Source: Nemertoderma westbladi
Lineage: Eukaryota > Animalia > Xenacoelomorpha
DNA length: 64,000 nt
Direction: 5' to 3'
NCBI GenBank assembly: GCA_032718475.1
Contig: JAUCBJ010007443.1
Span: forward strand, 25,500 to 89,499
The position numbers and the translations under genes are program-made. How positions within the stretch are numbered: the stretch's first letter is position 1; the number at the start of each line of letters is the position of its first letter. The notes beneath the pieces were generated by a model. It was given only the letters and a program-made list of their open reading frames with translations, did no database searches and had not been told where the DNA came from. Positions 39,801 through 50,900 of this stretch are shown here, one piece after another.

Positions 39801-42125
39801 TGTCTTGGATTATAGAAGCATAAAACTGTTATCAATGCGAGACAATGCAACGTATACCATATCAACTCATACTTACTTAATTAACTGCACTACTGCGATT
39901 CACCGCATTATTTTACTGTCTGTTATTAATGGTTTTATATGTTGATGGATATATTGTTATATTTGGAGAATACCGATAAAGAACCCAAAAACCCCAATCT
40001 TCTTGATTACTGAAGGTTAGAGGACAGGGTACCGGTAGCAATTGCGACTTACATTAAAGTGGTTTGGTGTGAATTAAATGCTATTTCATAATACCTACAG
40101 GTGTCAGTTGCGATCCTCCTTATATATGATCAAATTCAGTGACTGTCGGCAGATTAGTGTGAAGTAGTGTAAATTAGTGTGAGGTGGTGTGATTGATAAC
40201 AAAGCATCTCCTAAAGAATGCGCCTTTTATGCAATTCAAAGCCATCTAGTTGTGATTAGTATAAGTCATAACTCTGTTTTTTATACTTAAAGCGCCACGT
40301 CCAAAAGGAACTGTTAATATTTCCCCGAAAGTAAATATATTGTCAGAGATTATATAGTAATGATCAATCGAATAATACAGTAGGTCTGCAACGCAATAAT
40401 AAGTCCAAGCTCCCGAATCCAGTCTCCCTTAACAGTGGGTGAATGGTCGCGCATAGACTGGCTTCGGCTAATGTTATTTCAGTGTAATAAATAATAGTAG
40501 GCTAAAGTCGATTTATAAACTAGAAGACACCTAAAATTGGCAGGTTAAACTGTTAAAGGTCTAAAAGCGCGAACAATAACAGTTTTGTTTTTCTTTATTG
40601 CACGTAGACAATAAATTCGAATGTACCGGTCGGACGGTAACCTGTAGGCCTAACTGCCTAACCACCCTAACCAGTACTTGCGGGTACCCAGTATTATTTC
40701 GATTGTGTTATTTGTATAGTGGTAGGCGTTTAAGAGATTAGGGACTGTACACCCCTTATTTCTTTTAGAGCTTATTTATTTCTGTCAGTTTTATTTATCT
40801 GTAAGTTAATATTGAGCAGAAGGCGTGTGAACCTGCTCAAATTGTACAAATAATTTGTAGGCTGGATTGTTGTCTGGCTGTTGTAAGGTCTGAAGAGATT
40901 GCAGTGGGTGTAGAGTGTATGTCCGATAAAGTACTAGTTAGGAACGTGGGGGCATCCAGTGCTGTAAGGTAAATCCCCCCCCCCCGAAAGAATAAGTCGT
41001 ACTACTCGGTTAGAACGCATACTAACTAACCATTTCGGAGTCTGCATATACTGTAGTTTATTTAGGCTTGATAGTAGTCTGCCAGCGTTTGGTCTGTATT
41101 TTGTTTGTGTAGTCTGTACGGGTAGCGTAATATTTATTATTCAGAGTATATGCGATTATTCGCAACATACACATCCCCAAGTTTATTCCTACAGTAATTG
41201 TGCTTGTTATACATACCGTTATAGTTAAATTAACCCCGGTACTACATCAGGGCTGCTTGGCGTAGGTAAAGACTGGTGATTTTATGCTCTAGTCACTCCA
41301 GCAGATACCATGGTTCTTTTAGCTGTACAAGTATATTTAACTGCTGGTTATTTGTTGTATAAGTACTTGTACCTAATTTAGGGTTTAGAGTACAGTATTT
41401 TCCGAAGGTAATTTAGTTTGTAGGCAGTATAGTTGTGCTGTAAAGTGGTTAATAGGCACGTTAGCTCTGGTTGGCTGCGGTAATTAACTTCTAGGTAGGG
41501 ACACTCCGGGTACATAACGTAGTACTTATAGTGCTGTAAAGCAAAAAGGCTATAAGTCATCAGACGGTGGTATTTTCTTATCTGGACAACACAGTGTATT
41601 TACTACTGCTTAATTATTTTCAAATACCGTAGTATCCTGTCCGTTTGTAATAACCAGAAATTCTAACTCCCTGTTAGACTGGTTTGTAGATTCCCTGTAA
41701 AATCACCCTAAAATTTGTACGTGTAATTTGTCATTGTTTATTTAGAGATTGTAATCTCACCTCATAATTGTAAGTAATTAGTAGTAATAAGTAACTTAGT
41801 AAAGTAGAATTATTTGTTTTAGTGTCCAACAGGTAACACTCCACTGAGAGCATTTAGCTTCTGTGTAGTGACCCCATAACCAGAAACAATAACATTTGTT
41901 TCAAATATTGGAAAAAACCCTTGTACAGGTATAAATATATTATAAATCAACTCAAACCGATTTATAAAATAATAGGCCTGTTATCCATCAATTAGGTCTT
42001 AATATCAGTTGGACTACTGCTTAATAACGGTAATAAAGTAAAGGAAAGTAACCTTTAAATTCAGAAATTCAGTTATTATAAAATAATTGACATACCGGTA
42101 TTTACGATAGGCCTATTATATATAT
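39801..42125 (+). mobile_element. LTR/leader-like interspersed repeat, copy 1, segment B
   Basis: Collinear with ~61400-63897; for example GTTTAAGAGATTAGGGACTGTACACCCCTT and ATTAGGTCT.AATATCAGTTGGA occur in both copies. Non-coding. Confidence 0.9.
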
Positions 42126-42638
42126 GTATACTGTGTGTTCGTAGATTTCACAAAAGCCTTCGATTCGGTTGATCGTCAGCTTTTAATGAAGAAGCTATCA
42201 ATATGCGGGGTAAGCAGAAAGTTCATTACCGTGCTGTGGTCTATACTAGCGGTAAACTATGTATGCATTTGTGTCGGAGGATATGTAATAAATCCCATAG
42301 CACAGACCATTGGAGTTCTCCAAGGGGATAAGCTGTCACCATTACTGTTTAGCATATTTGTATATGATCTACCAGCAGCAATCGCATTAGCGTCATGTTA
42401 TGTACTTATGTACGCAGATGATTTATTATTATTATTATTATTTTATTTATTTCAGCATCAAATATTCATATTATATACATTAAATATCAGTGCCATATCT
42501 ATAAAAACACTAATGGTAGGGAATTTCTGCACAATTAGTAAAATGGGTCTAAAAAATGAAACATAGGTGAAATAAAAAGCGTCAAGTTGCACGTGAGTAA
42601 CACCACCGCTTAAAAGTATCGTACATTGTAGACAATGG

Positions 42639-45464
42639 TCAGCAAGTGTTACGTACACATATTAAAATAGAATTAGATGACAAATTTACACGAGTATGCA
42701 AACTAAAAAGTGATATTCTAAAAATCTCTTTAAGAGAGCGGATATTAAAATTTACCAACATTTGACTCGCACTATTAATCTCGTCGGTCTCCTTATTGTA
42801 TAATTTAATATTAAATAACGACCGGACAGATTTATTAATGGCAGTGTGCAGTTTGTTAAAACTTGACTGTAAAAAATATACATCAGACCACAACGCACAG
42901 CAATAGATTGACGAACAGTAACTGTTAAACAGTACTTTCTTAACTTTATCAGAACAGTTACTGAAGCGTCTAATCAAGGAATTGGCTCTAGCATAAAAAA
43001 GTCTAGTTTGTGCCAATATATCACAGTCGTCAGAAAAATCGCTGGAAATAATATGCCCTAAGTATTTAAAACATTCTACATTACTCAACTGTTTACAATC
43101 TAGGTTAATGGACGGCGGGCCAAATGTACCTTTCCTTAATTTACTACGAAAAAACATACATTTAGATTTCTTTGCGTTGAAGGTCATGCTATTATCCTTA
43201 GCAAAGTTTACACAAATATTAACAAGAGACTGTAACGAATGTGGGTTTACGGTTATGAGGCAAATATCATCAGCGTATATCAAGTGATTAATAACTGAGC
43301 CATTTAGTGTACAACCTAACTCGGATGAAGTTAAATCTTTACTTAGGTTATCAATAAAAAAGTTAAATAAAAGAGGTGAAATCGGGCTGCCCTGTTTAAC
43401 ACCATTAGTGCAATTAAAACTGGGGGAGGTATATCCCCCCCATCTGACAAACATTGACTGCTGAGCGTACATATAGGATAAAATTCGAATAATAAAAACT
43501 GGTACTTTACTCTTAACTAATTTCGTAAATAATATACTATGCTGTACACAATCGAATGCTTTAGATGCGTCCAGAAAACATACATAAACATTATTACCAT
43601 GATTCAAATAATAGTTAATAATTTCCTTAATGGTGTAAGCACAGAGCTCAGTACCACATCCTTTTTTGAAACCAAACTGATTGGCTGTTGTTGACAAAAA
43701 GTTAATTATTCGCGTTAAAATTAAGTGCTCGAAAAGTTTACATATTATATTGCTAACGGCAATGGGCCTGTAGTTGGACTTATCCTTAGTATCGCCACAT
43801 TTATCCTTTATTATAGGGAAAATAACTGACGTTATAAGATCCTTTGGGAGAACCCCATGTACATTACACGCACTGAGCAATAAGGATAGACAGACAATGA
43901 TACGGCCACTGGCGAATTTTAGATGCTCCGCAGTTAGATTATCCGGTCCGGCAGCTTTATTGCGCTCCAACTTAGCTAGGGCTTCAGTTAACTCGGTGGA
44001 GGAGAATATCATGTCCGCGGAGTAATCAATGTGTTCAAACACGTCTTTGTATGTTGGTTTGGGTTCCTCCCCTTGCGAGTCCTCCTCCTCCGGGAACATG
44101 TTGAAAACCCCTTCATAATGAACTCCCCACATATCAGCTATGTCCGAAGCACCGGAGACACCATCTACAGTAGGCGGAAGAGGTACCTGCTGATTGTTAA
44201 TGCGACGCACGTTAGACCAGAACTTATAACAGTCCTTGTCATATAGGGATTGCGCGATCCGGTCTGCTTTTATCTTATCCGAGTTACGCTTGATCGATCG
44301 TAGGCGCCGCTTAAATTGCGCCCTAGATATACTCATGAGGCGAAACTGGGGACCCTCCCGGGGGCTCCCAAGTGAGCGCCAGCAGATAAATGACTCTCGT
44401 GCAATTCGGTGCAGTTGTTCGACCTCCTCACTCCAACCAGGGATGTTGTGTGAGTCAATTCGCATGTCGGAGGAACCCTCTGTACATGGGATATGGGTTG
44501 TTGCAGCTGTGAGAAGTGATGACCTTATACGGGAGTAAAATTCGGCCAGATCGGCACAGTGTGACTCGTTATCACATTGAGGGTCCCGACAAGATAGTGC
44601 ATCGTGTGGGATAGCGCAGTCCCCGAGTAGGAGGCCTGTATAAGACTGGTACCCGGAGAGATGGTAATCTGTCGCCTTATTCCAGCGAGGCAGCTTTGAG
44701 CGGACCGGTATTTCCTGCTCATTCGAGTTGGGAGGATTTATTGAACTTGAGGTATCAACGTCGATTATCATAGGTAAATGATCGTCGAAAGTAGTTGAGT
44801 ACTCAACAACAATGTTGTTCACCCGATCGCACATGCTCCCTGAACATACGCAGTGATCTAACCAGGATACTGAGTTGTTGGCAGAGCTAACGAAAGTGAA
44901 AGTATCACTTGGGAGTCTGGATGTATCCAGGATTGTTAGGCCTACATCCGAACACGATTGAGTTAGTTCCTCGAAGAATCGCCTCGAGGGGTGTGCATTA
45001 AAATCGCCCACTATGCATATATCATAGTGATTGATAGTTTCAACTATAGTGGTTAACTTTGCTAAGTAATTCATATAATCATCAAGATTCTCACACGTTT
45101 CATATGGTAAGTAAACATTAATAAGTATAAAATCTTTCCCAGAACTCGCGGGGGAAACCTTTAGGACCATGATCCGTGGATCAGAATCATCAATAACTTT
45201 AACACAATCAGCACCGTGGCTCATTCTCCACAAAACTCCCAGACCCCCATAAGGACGACCGGTTAGGATGCCGTTTTGGAAATCAACAGGAGAAGAACCC
45301 GTAGCATAGAAATCCCGGTGAAGCCGCTTTAGAACATGGAGTTCCTGTTTAGGTAATAAAGTCTCCTGTAGGAGAATAATGTCGCAGGATTTGGCTAAAG
45401 TCGAGATCACGTGTTCACTGGATAACGTTCGTACAGAGTTTGCATTATATGTGGCTATCTTCAT
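42639..45464 (-). CDS. LINE ORF2: apurinic-like endonuclease plus reverse transcriptase (941 aa)
   Basis: ATYN, LQET, VYLP, GDFN, WLDH and DH (APE); NYRPI, QFGF, FLDASKAFD, GVKQGSPISP, YADD and KYLG (RT). No stops or frameshifts. Confidence 0.96.
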   Translation of the reverse strand: MKIATYNANSVRTLSSEHVISTLAKSCDIILLQETLLPKQELHVLKRLHRDFYATGSSPVDFQNGILTGRPYGGLGVLWRMSHGADCVKVIDDSDPRIMVLKVSPASSGKDFILINVYLPYETCENLDDYMNYLAKLTTIVETINHYDICIVGDFNAHPSRRFFEELTQSCSDVGLTILDTSRLPSDTFTFVSSANNSVSWLDHCVCSGSMCDRVNNIVVEYSTTFDDHLPMIIDVDTSSSINPPNSNEQEIPVRSKLPRWNKATDYHLSGYQSYTGLLLGDCAIPHDALSCRDPQCDNESHCADLAEFYSRIRSSLLTAATTHIPCTEGSSDMRIDSHNIPGWSEEVEQLHRIARESFICWRSLGSPREGPQFRLMSISRAQFKRRLRSIKRNSDKIKADRIAQSLYDKDCYKFWSNVRRINNQQVPLPPTVDGVSGASDIADMWGVHYEGVFNMFPEEEDSQGEEPKPTYKDVFEHIDYSADMIFSSTELTEALAKLERNKAAGPDNLTAEHLKFASGRIIVCLSLLLSACNVHGVLPKDLITSVIFPIIKDKCGDTKDKSNYRPIAVSNIICKLFEHLILTRIINFLSTTANQFGFKKGCGTELCAYTIKEIINYYLNHGNNVYVCFLDASKAFDCVQHSILFTKLVKSKVPVFIIRILSYMYAQQSMFVRWGGYTSPSFNCTNGVKQGSPISPLLFNFFIDNLSKDLTSSELGCTLNGSVINHLIYADDICLITVNPHSLQSLVNICVNFAKDNSMTFNAKKSKCMFFRSKLRKGTFGPPSINLDCKQLSNVECFKYLGHIISSDFSDDCDILAQTRLFYARANSLIRRFSNCSDKVKKVLFNSYCSSIYCCALWSDVYFLQSSFNKLHTAINKSVRSLFNIKLYNKETDEINSASQMLVNFNIRSLKEIFRISLFSLHTRVNLSSNSILICVRNTC

Positions 45465-45500
45465 AATTGGTTAATTAATTAGGTAGGCCCTATATGAAGA

Positions 45501-46631
45501 TTACTTAAGAGAAGCGACAGGGACTCGGGTTGTACGACTATTGGATCCAATCCACTCACGAATTAACGCATTCTCTGGCCACTTATCACACGATAATTCG
45601 TCCAACAGAACAGCTGTGTCAGATTGAGTACACGTAAGCTTAAATGAGGAGTAAGAATCAAATCGGGTCCTTATAACTTCGCATTTACAATCTACATTGA
45701 AGTTTGTCTTGACATAATCAATAACTACATCCGTAGGTGTACCGAGTTCTAGTCGAGTAAGGAATATTGAGGATTGTCGAACGGCGCCGCGAAGCTTTAG
45801 ATCCGCACCGGTTAACTTTCCAAAAATAGGTTTTGGCTTCACCCTCGCAGTTCGACCACCTGTCGCTGGCGAACCACGTTGCACTGGACGATTATTCCGA
45901 CCGACTGTAACCATTGGCCTATCCGAATCATCCCGAATCGTTATACATTCGTTCACCAACTGGTCCACAACGTCCGAACCCGAAGGTTCAGCCAACAGGC
46001 CACTCGCTCCGCCACTGGTGTTAGCTGATTTATCCGCCAACCCCAGCGTGGCAGAGATTACAGGTTGTGAGCTCTTTTGCGGACCCCTCTTACGGTGCTT
46101 CGAAGAGTTCCCTGACTCAGGATTACCAGATACGTTGACCTCGGCCGCGTCCCGGTAGCTGCGCCGGAGGGCGGAAGCTGGCGATGCCGATAGCTGCGAG
46201 GATTCCAGAGTTGTGACGCGACGTTTCAGATCGCCTAGTTCCTTAACTAAGCTTGCGAGCGTGGAAGAAGTGGGGCTCACCGGTGGTAGCCGACTGGAGT
46301 CATCAAACACGAAGTGTGGATGGGGATTCAAGTTCTTGAAGCCATCCAATTCAAATATATTTATAATATCCGCAGTCAACTTTTGGCGTCTATTCTCACC
46401 CGAGTATTTAGTGCTGAACTTCTTTGAAACGTCACGATCCGAATCAAAAAGAGCTACTAGCACACTCCGGGCTGCATCAATATCCTTAGTTGCAAAATGC
46501 GGCCAGCAGACAATTTGGTCCACCAGCTCGTCGTAAATCGACCCCTTTTGTAGTCTCTCCCAGATGAAGCAAAGAATAGGATTGAGAATGAGTTTATCTT
46601 CACCCTCACCCATGACTACAAAGCGACTCAT
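45501..46631 (-). CDS. LINE ORF1 (376 aa)
   Basis: Lies directly upstream of ORF2. Has a coiled-coil segment (LVKELGDLKRRVTTLE) and a C-terminal IFLTRL...YSSFKL...WPENALIREW RRM-like domain typical of invertebrate LINE ORF1s. Confidence 0.88.
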   Translation of the reverse strand: MSRFVVMGEGEDKLILNPILCFIWERLQKGSIYDELVDQIVCWPHFATKDIDAARSVLVALFDSDRDVSKKFSTKYSGENRRQKLTADIINIFELDGFKNLNPHPHFVFDDSSRLPPVSPTSSTLASLVKELGDLKRRVTTLESSQLSASPASALRRSYRDAAEVNVSGNPESGNSSKHRKRGPQKSSQPVISATLGLADKSANTSGGASGLLAEPSGSDVVDQLVNECITIRDDSDRPMVTVGRNNRPVQRGSPATGGRTARVKPKPIFGKLTGADLKLRGAVRQSSIFLTRLELGTPTDVVIDYVKTNFNVDCKCEVIRTRFDSYSSFKLTCTQSDTAVLLDELSCDKWPENALIREWIGSNSRTTRVPVASLK

Positions 46632-47750
46632 TCACCAATCTGATAATACAGCAATATGTAATATATTATATTCGTACGGTAGGTATGTACAGCAGTGTAC
46701 AGCAGTCAGTACTCAATAGGCTACTGGCAGACTATAATGATATCGCATCGGCTACTATCTATAGTATCCGAATAAGCCGTATGTGATTTTTTTTAGTAAT
46801 TTAGTAATATATGGAGAATCAATCAACGACGTGCAGGCCTCTCTTAACAAACTTGCTGATTTCTGCTTGTTAAATAAATTATCAGTTAATCTCACAAAGA
46901 CTAAAGCTGTGAAATGTAGAAACGGAGGACGTTTTTCAAACAATGATGTTTTACTATTTAATGGAAAACAAATACAATTCGTAAGAAGTTTCGAATACCT
47001 CGGAGTAATTTTGTCAACCCAAAATGGTCCATCGGCTCATTACCAACACTTATATAATAAAGGAATAGCATGTTGTGCTCGCTTGGCTTGTAAAGTTAAG
47101 TTGACCTCGATCTCGATGCGTTCAGCAAAGAGGTTGTGGCTAGGCATTATCCGACCTACAGTGACTTATGGGTGTGAGATATTTACAACAGGTGATCTTG
47201 ATGGCTTGGATCATGTGAGACGGACCCGCGCGTTTTACTGGAAGATGTGGGCGGGTATCTCAAAGTACTCCTCTTCAACGGACTTACTCGAAGTTATCGA
47301 TAATAACGGCACGGGCAGCACTGGCCTAGACATCGAGCCCCTATACGGGTTTAGGCGTCGCGCGGCCGCTCAGATGATCGTTAACGGTTGCCACCAACGA
47401 TGCTGCGACACGCCAAAATGCTGGCGACCGACTGATACCTGCATATGCAAACTGTGTCACCGCGCTGCGGATACGAACTTACATTATACAATCTGCGAGG
47501 GGATCCCACCAAACACCACATCCTTACGGAAAGCAATATTTTTAATGACCCTGGAACTCTAATACTTTTAATAATAATATGCAATAATAATAATAATTTT
47601 AATAACTTTATTTATTTATTTTAATAATTTAGTAAACCACCTCTTAACAACCTACCTAGTTTATGCGCTACCAACAGTATATTCTACATGCATATTTCAT
47701 CTTATTTATCCGAATGTTTGGATGATAATTAAATAATTCATTATATATAT

Positions 47751-47978
47751 TTATATAAATTTAGGCTGAAATTATATACCGGTATTCTGTGACTAAACCT
47801 AGTTTGTAACAATACTTATATATACTATAAGTGTATACCGGTATTAATATATTATATATATCGCGTTACATTGAGTAACGGTATTGGTAATTGATCACTA
47901 GGCTTATAGTGCATATTGAATTACTATACTTGCTTTAACTTTAGTTATAGTAGTAGGCCTTCAACTGTATAATCAAAC
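47751..47978 (+). mobile_element. LTR/leader-like repeat, copy 1, segment C, running up to the BEL/Pao ATG
   Basis: GCTGAAATTATA..CCGGTA...GTATACCGGTATT matches 63918-63997. Beyond ~47845 there is no second copy in the window to compare. Confidence 0.7.
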
Positions 47979-50900
47979 ATGGCTGACACAAAGCAAACTC
48001 TGTCAGATAGTCTCCTAGAAACAACTGTCTGCGACACAGACAAGAGTGTGGAACATCTTAGACCAAAGTTCAAATCCCCTCCTACTGTAAGAAAGGTCAT
48101 CCCTCCAGTAGTAGTATCAGACCCTAGACTAGTAAAGCACCGTAGGTCTATCATAGGCACTCGGGCTCAAGTCAAGCGGGACCAAGAAGCAGCTGTTAAA
48201 CAGCAGCAACATCCGAACCGAGAACTTATTTCTCAGCGGACCGATAGCTCCAGTAGTTCAGATACTGTGGAGTTGACGCCCGAGATCGGAACAGAGATGG
48301 CAGAGGCGGTTTATTCGGATCCACTTCTCATTCTTCCCGAAGCCATACTCACTAGGGTATTGATTGCGGTGGAAGAACATCAAATCGATTGGGCAAGAAG
48401 TAAGCGATCGACCAAGGACAGTTATGCGGGATACACATTGGAGGAACTGAAGTCTATTGTCGAGACGCAATGGAACTTCCCCGGACCCGGACTCCCATTT
48501 AACTTGTCGGAAGCTGCCTGGGAGGACTTGTACAGGATGGGAGTGGTAAAGGACTCTAGAGATCCAGCTGTGTGGAAGAGGTCAGCAGCCGGATATGTAC
48601 AGGGATTCTTCAGCTCTTTGGAGCGATTGGAGGAACAACTGTTTCAACAACCTCACGGACCTCAAGAGCAGGGAGAGCTGCTTTATCAAGTTCGCAAACG
48701 AGTTCTGAGGATCAGACTAATTCTTTCAGCCTGTGAGGAAGCCTCGAAGAGAAGCCAAGATACGTCGTTGCAAGTCGCCGTAAAGACTTGGTTCCAACGA
48801 GTGAGTCTTAAAGTCCAAGGAACGACACAATGGAAACTGACTGAGCGCTCGACCCAAGGAGAATCAACAGACGCTGTCTTTTCTCAAGCGGAAAGCGAAG
48901 CGACGGCAGATAAACCTCAAAAGAAGGACGCTATTGACATATATCTGTCGGACTATCAGCGATTTATAGGTGACAAAGAGTTGAGGAGACAGCTAGCTGG
49001 ACTTCACCCTAAGAGTGAGGGAGCCAAATTTGTGTTGGACACATTAGATGCGGAAATGATAGCCACAGAGCAGGCTAAATTTGATGAAAGCATCCGCATC
49101 GCTAGGGAACAGGAAGAAAAGTTAAAGAAAAAACGCATAGAAGACAGAAAGGCAGCAGCAGCGACAGCTGCAGAAGTTGAAAGAAAGGCGGCAGTGGCAA
49201 CGGCAGCGGCAGAGGCAAAAGCGGCAGCTGCAGCAGTAGAAGTGGAAAGAAAAGCGGCAGCGGCAGAGGCAAAAGTGGCAGCGGCAGAGGCAGAAGCAGA
49301 AAGAAAAGCAGCAGCTGCAGCAGTAGAAGCGGAAAGAAAAGCGGCAGCGGCAGTGGCAGAAGCAGAACGGAGGGCATCTGAAGAGACAACCCAACTAGAG
49401 TTGGAAAATCTTCAAGAGAAACAAGACAACTTCAATAAACAGATAAACAGAGAACAGCTACTCATATGCGACTGCTAAGTCGATCTACTCTCAAGAGACA
49501 AGGATTTACATCTTCTGACGAGGGCGATACAACAGATTATGAAGGCGGAGGAAATCGATCTCGTTCCAGCGGATGTAGAAGAGCGCCACACCATCAGAAA
49601 TTGCCTAATCTGCCACCAACTGTGAGAAGGCAATTAGCTAGTGTAAACTTAGGTGGTACAGAGTCCACAGACCAAATTATTGGAGTAGAAAGACTACCTA
49701 CTATCGTAGATGAGCCTGAAATAATTAGGCCGATCCTCGAAGTCACCCACACTGTGATAGAGACCCCTGTACTTCCAGAACCTAACTCTAAATTCCCTTT
49801 GCACAGCACTAAATTACCTGTGCCCAGTAGAACAGCCCCTGAGACAGTCCCTGTCCTGGACGCCGAGCGAGACATCAACGATTTATCGCCCGTCGTCCCT
49901 TGTCTACCCGCTACCATGTTGGCGGCTCCCGCTTCGGCGGTAGAGTGGGTGGATGAGTGACGGCGGGGGATGGATCTCCTGCTCGGGCAGATGGAGGAAA
50001 ACCATAAGCGTTCCTCCCAACAGGTCCGGGAGTTGGAAGGGACTGTTCAGCAGTTGAAGGGAACAGTAAGAGAGGGACAGTTAGAGTTGCAAGAAGTGCA
50101 GCAGAGTATCGCGTTAGAACGCGATAAATTAGTAAATATACAAAAGGGTATAACACCACCCCCTGTAACAATGTGTCAACCTGTTAGGTCTGAAGTATTT
50201 CATGCGCAAGGTGTGGAGCCTACACGCATCTATACTGCTAGTGAAGTAGAAACTCCTATAGTAAACCCTATTAAGGATAATTATAAACCTATTGATAATG
50301 ATATTCCATATAGACCTGATAATAATCCGAGAAATTTATATACTGATAATTCTATATTAAATAATACGATGGCCCAAGAAAGTTTTACGCGTCAAATGGC
50401 AAGAACCGAAGCCCGTCAAGCGGTAAAGGTGGGAGAGATCGTCAAGTTCAATGGAGATGAGATGAAATGGTTACCTTTTAATGAATATTATAAAGATAAC
50501 ATACAGAACTCTGTATTTTCTAATGGAGAGAAACTTAGATTCCTCATCGAGTATTTGGAAGGACCTCCCAAGTTAATGGCGTTAAAGTTTATTGGACACC
50601 CAGATGGATTAAGACAAGTTTGGGATACACTAAACATCAGGTATGGTAATAGGACAAACATAGCTAGGTATTTGTATGCAAAATTGGTAGCGCCCCGAAA
50701 GTTCCTTAGCAGCGGGATTATAGAGTTGTCCGATGAGATTCGGGAGATCTGTAGACAACTAGATTGGTTAGGTAAGTCTCATGAATAACAGAGTTCCATG
50801 GTTATTGGAGCCGTAGCATCTACTTTGCCAAAGGGTGGAGTAGGTACTCGCTGGGACAAGAAAGTGCTCTATATGATGGACCACCAACAAAGAGACCCTA

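Larger units (their letters stand above)
42426..46798 (-). mobile_element. Full-length two-ORF LINE, RTE-X-like
   Basis: ORF1 and ORF2 are both open. (TAA)n tail on the - strand at ~42426-42450. Possible short TSD ATTTA (42421-42425 / 46799-46803). Confidence 0.9.
42126..47739 (+). mobile_element. 5'-truncated non-LTR retrotransposon (RT plus C-terminal CCHC), split by a younger LINE; clade uncertain
   Basis: FVDFTKAFDSVDR, GVLQGDKLSPLLF and YADD at 42135-42422. Reading resumes as LVIYGES at ~46801, with FEYLGV, YGCE and CKLC...H...C. 11-bp TSD ATTATATATAT at ~42115-42125 and 47740-47750. Copy 2 of the flanking repeat lacks the insertion. Confidence 0.88.

Noticed and set aside
47788-47795. 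TGTGACTA as the start of a 5' LTR matching 56211
   Set aside because: The match stops after 8 bp, and the site is internal to the long repeat (TGTAATTA in copy 2).
49102-49394. Antisense Leu/Pro-rich and Cys-rich ORFs
   Set aside because: They are reverse-frame shadows of the GCA/GCG repeat in gag.
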